A DNA stretch of 64,000 nucleotides from NCBI GenBank assembly GCA_904063045.1, contig CAJFCJ010000006.1, positions 1,974,946-2,038,945 on the forward strand. Direction: 5' to 3'. A program made the position numbers and the translations under genes. Position 1 is the stretch's first letter; the number at the start of each line of letters is the position of its first letter. Shown in pieces: positions 60,111-64,000 of this stretch. Origin of the DNA: Dimorphilus gyrociliatus. Its lineage: Eukaryota > Animalia > Annelida. The notes under the pieces were generated by a model. It saw nothing but the letters and a program-made list of their open reading frames with translations, was not told the DNA's origin and did not search any database.

Positions 60111-61837
60111 TCATGAATCCGTTATATCAATAAACATCTGTTTATCCGCGTCTATTCTCTCCAAACGGAATAACTTAACCTGACCAAACTTCCCACCCAC
60201 CGCACAGCGATCCGTTTGTTTGTGTATGCTGATGATATTCGGTCTGATTATTTCAGATTGGGCGGTTGGCAACAAGCTCTGGAGGACAATGCCGGATGGT
60301 CTCCAGACTTCGATAACCCCACAAGACTGATCGACAATAAACATGTTACCCACACTGTCTGAGGAGATGCAGTGAGGAAGAGAAATGGCTGAACTTTGAA
60401 TGGCAGACGGCTGAAGCGTATGTGACCAACAGCCCTCTGAATTGAAAACATGAATGAGTTTAGCGTGACAATCTGTAACGTAAAATGAATCATCATCAGC
60501 TGCTGTGACGTATAATGGCCAAAGAAATGAGTGATGTGGTGGAGCTTCAATATCCTTGACTTTATTCCCATCAATGCCATAGATTCTAACTTGTTTTCTT
60601 CCCGGATCCGTCAGAACAAAATTGCCATTAGATAGCGAGGTCATTCCGGTTGGCTGAAAGTCATCACAAGACCATTCGGAGCACCAAGTTCCATCGGGTT
60701 CGTAGAGATGCACCTTATCAAACTGCCTGCACGCTATAGCTATTCTTCCATCCTTCAAAAATGTAGCACAGCCAGGTAGAGATACCTTGTCCAGTTCTTT
60801 CTTAGGCAGAAGATTTGGTTTACACAGAATAGCAGCTTTTGTAGTGCACACAATAATTTTGTTATCAGACATAACTATGTCCCACACCCCACTTCCAAAG
60901 TTTCTATCCGACATAACCTGAAGAATATAATTCTCATTCCTTCTCTTTCCACCGGGGCCCAGTTTAATCGGAGGAACTATTCGCTGGCCTGAGCCATTAT
61001 TTTCTACTTCTTCAACGTAATCTGTAATATTTTCAACAGGCGTTTCTTTCTTCTTCTTGTATTTTGTATCATTTCGAACGCTTGGTAGAAATGAATGAAT
61101 ATCGGATGGAATCTTTAATCTGTTTGAAAGATTTAGACGAAAAAAAACTTTAAAACTTCGTTTATAATTTTAGAAATGATAAAGAATAAGTATTTAATGA
61201 ATAAATAAGCATAACATATCATTCAGTGGATAAGAATTTTCGTACTAAAAATATACGAACATGGCGCCTGAAGAAAACAAGACAACGTTTGACTCTCAGT
61301 AAACAAGATAAAACAAGAGATGTCAAAAAGGGTTTATTTTAAGTTATATAGACAAAAGCTTTTGAATTGTAAAGAAATAGATTCCGTTTAATCCTCATAT
61401 CTAAGCCAAAATAATGTAGTTTACACCTGATTCTAAAAGTACGTCGTAAATTTGCTTCCATGACCACTATCAAGGTTAATCAAAGTCTTCTTCAATTTTA
61501 TACTAATAGAACAAGAATAAATATAGATTTTCGAATTAAAAACAGACGATGTAATTAAATAGAAAGTTCAGTTCGAACATGACTACTAAAGATTAGTTAT
61601 ACAATCAAAATGGTTTCTTAGTAAAGAAGGACTATCTATATTTTTGTCTAGGTAAACCAACCTTTTAAGTCCATCATTCTTTTCTACACTTCTAGAACCT
61701 TTATTTAGTCGAGCAGACATTCGATTTTCTCCCCCGATCATTGTGGTAGGTGTGGAGTAGGATCGTTTGAAAGGTACAGAGCTTCGGCTGAGACATCCTC
61801 CACGACCACATCCTCTCCCTCCTCTGGTCGGCGGCAT
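60111..61837 (-). CDS. NHL-repeat beta-propeller protein; main exon 60111-61119, probable first exon 61662-61837 with RGG motifs
   Basis: Repeats of the type P.G(M/I)T...GNFVLTD.....V.IY..DG and P..I.SD..GN(M)FIVD. The frame is open up to the acceptor at 61120, and a phase-2 donor at 61661 matches. The first exon is less certain. Confidence 0.75.
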
Positions 61838-62244
61838 TTCTTTAGGATTCTATGAATAATACAAGATTAAACATGCTGTTTTCTAATCCAACTGCCGCCA
61901 TACTGGTTCTACAACGGTTTCGTGGGCAGTGCTTTTTTGTTCTTAAATTTCGGAATTTTTTTCTCAAATTTTTTGTATACAGTTGAATCACGATTTATTC
62001 TTTACTTTGCAATAAATGAAATTAATATAAAATAATTCCTTAGTGTGTTTTCAACACTGTCCAGGAAGCATAACAGGCATAACAAAGACTCTTTAAACAG
62101 TATGAAAATGGCCGTTTTGGCACTTTTTCATTTACCTATTGTCTTCCGAAAGTCTATTAAGACTAGCTGATCGACTTGAATAGTGGTTTTAAAGTTTCTA
62201 CATTAACATATATAATTATTGTACAACGACTTGTTCCCTGCTCC

Positions 62245-62309
62245 GTCACGTAGGCTTTTTACCAAGTGCGCATGCGTGCCTCATTTGCATTTTAAATTTG
62301 GTGACGTCA
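62245..62309. promoter_or_regulatory. Cluster of TF motifs in a divergent promoter: GTCACGT, NRF1-like TGCGCATGCG (62267-62276), octamer ATTTGCAT (62283-62290), CRE TGACGTCA (62302-62309)
   Basis: Exact or near-exact consensus matches packed into about 65 bp. Confidence 0.55.
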
Positions 62310-62657
62310 TTTCAACTCATGTAAACTGGTGGAGTTTTCCTGCGGATGTTTCGCTCGAAAATATATAATTAATAACAGGACAAAGGATTATCTTCTTTTA
62401 GCGCCAAAACTGTTCTTTTTCTTATTTTTTCCGACTGCATATGATCAAAAATTGTTTTGAGCGAGATTTTTTATACCCTGACATCGACTATTTATCCTAT
62501 CTTTCGTTAGAAGACATGCCTGCAGTCAATCTGAGTTTTCGGATTGCTCTACAATGAACAAAATCGTGATTTCTACTATTTTTGTTTTTTGGTGCCTAAA
62601 CTTAGGTCTGCTAGTTGTCATCAAGTATTGACATTTTTTATCAAAATTTGCTTTCAG

Positions 62658-63100
62658 ATTTGATTACAAGCGGCCCTGTTATCAAGAATGATCGGAAGAA
62701 AGACGAAATTGAAATGGGTAAATATCTCTTAAGCATCTCACTAAGCTTAGTTATAGGCGTATAACGCATTTGGATAAATAATCTAACTAAATATTAAGTG
62801 TCCAAAATGTGGTACACGGTTAATGATCGATGTATGTACTTTTATTTAAAACGTTTCAAAGGGAAAAGTTTCTTAAAAAACAAAGAACATTCCAACTGTA
62901 AGCTAGGACTTATTTAATAAAACGAAAAAAAACGTCAATATGGCAAAGCAGATTAGACTGTAAATCTATTGACTAATTTCTCATGCATGCCTTTCGCCTA
63001 TTTCCTTTTTCAGTAGCGAAGAGGAAAGAGCCTGTCGAGAGAGCTCCAATAGACGATGACGGTTTGTGGTGGAAATCTCGTGTTATTATAGCGTGTACCG
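62658..63100 (+). CDS. 5' exons (62658-62717, 63014-63100) of a probable membrane protein continuing beyond the window: ...MVAKRKEPVERAPIDDDGLWWKSRVIIACT...
   Basis: Strong acceptors and GTAAAT/GTAAGT donors with phase-1/phase-1 compatibility. The product is not identifiable. Confidence 0.5.
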
Positions 63101-64000
63101 GTAAGTAATCGTATACAGTAACGAGATATATAAGCCCAAAATATATGATTTCTTTTTTTTTTTAACGATAAAACTTTCGAAAGTTATTCTACTAATTAGT
63201 ATAAAAATTCTCAATGAAAAAGAACTCAACGAAAACACAAAATTCAGCCTAGTAGTTTAGTACATTGGTTTTTAAAAATTACATTTAACGCCTACGAAGT
63301 TTATCACACCCTTTTTTATAGAATCTATTTTTAAATCGTATTACCATTCGTTCAAGAATACAATTGCTGTTAATTAGATAGCCAATACTATTGCTAATAA
63401 AATGGAAAACTCACACTTCCCTCACCCCCCTCCCCTCTCCACGTGATAAAATGAAAGTTGTAATTGGCTCCAAAATAAATAAGAAATTTTATAATTTATT
63501 AAAAGATTAATGCTTATCTTTGAAACAAACTGTTACAAGCTTTACGATTCCCAAGTTGAAATATTACATAGGCAAAAAAGTTTGGTTTAAATAAATAAAA
63601 AGAAAAACCCCATAGCTTAGTCTTTCAACAACTGCGCCCCCTCTCTCTCCTCCCTCTCTACCACACCCCTACAACTGACAATCTTTGTTTATAATATGAA
63701 GAAAAATGCGAAATTTCCTCTCTTTAATTAACTTACCTTTTCCAATAGACTTGTTAATTGTGATAAATCTATCGAAATTCTAACCATATTGATGAAATAT
63801 TCTTTCGTTAGATCTGGAATTTTGCTTTCATTTTAATTAAAAATTGTGTCTTTTTTTTTTCCTAAACAGTAATTGCCTCCTTGGAAATTGTTATTGTAAT
63901 TGTCATGATTATATATTGGCGACAAATTCGATTCTATTTTACTAAAATTCATTGCCCATGTGATGTAAGTTTTTATTATTGTTATTTTAAAATTATTGTT

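Noticed and set aside
1-64000. Prokaryotic features (operons, CRISPR arrays, IS elements, rRNA/tRNA)
   Set aside because: The sequence is intron-containing animal DNA. I saw no spaced direct-repeat array, tRNA T-loop/cloverleaf or transposase/RT ORF. TTG/GTG starts in the ORF track are artefacts here.

Overview
This is strongly AT-rich eukaryotic (animal) genomic DNA, not prokaryotic. It is gene-dense, with many 50-90 nt GT-AG introns and abundant (TA)n/(AG)n microsatellites. The gene content and compaction suggest a spiralian/lophotrochozoan with a miniaturised genome, for example a Dimorphilus-like meiofaunal annelid (inference only). I spliced about 22 protein-coding genes by hand. In order they are: a possible peroxisomal gene 3' end, an orphan class-A GPCR, a class I/II PLP aminotransferase, a cytoplasmic intermediate filament protein with lamin-tail domain, a second orphan GPCR, an ELYS/AHCTF1-like nucleoporin, acid sphingomyelinase, a GT14 core-2/I-branching enzyme, a tandem pair of unknown acidic proteins, a tandem pair of secreted proteins with an ITIH C-terminal-like domain, a CABIT-domain protein, TLCD5/TMEM136, an FHA-less PNKP, an orphan ORF, CCDC12, HTRA2, LETMD1, a DOK-family adaptor with a nested antisense C-type lectin gene, CAPZB, PNLDC1, an NHL-repeat protein, and the start of a gene running off the right edge. 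The most novel-looking elements are the two adjacent tandem paralog pairs at 35-40 kb, the 48-bp head-to-head HTRA2/LETMD1 arrangement, and recurrent CTCF-like motifs. I saw no tRNA, rRNA, CRISPR array or intact transposon. Family assignments come from motif recognition from memory, not database searches.
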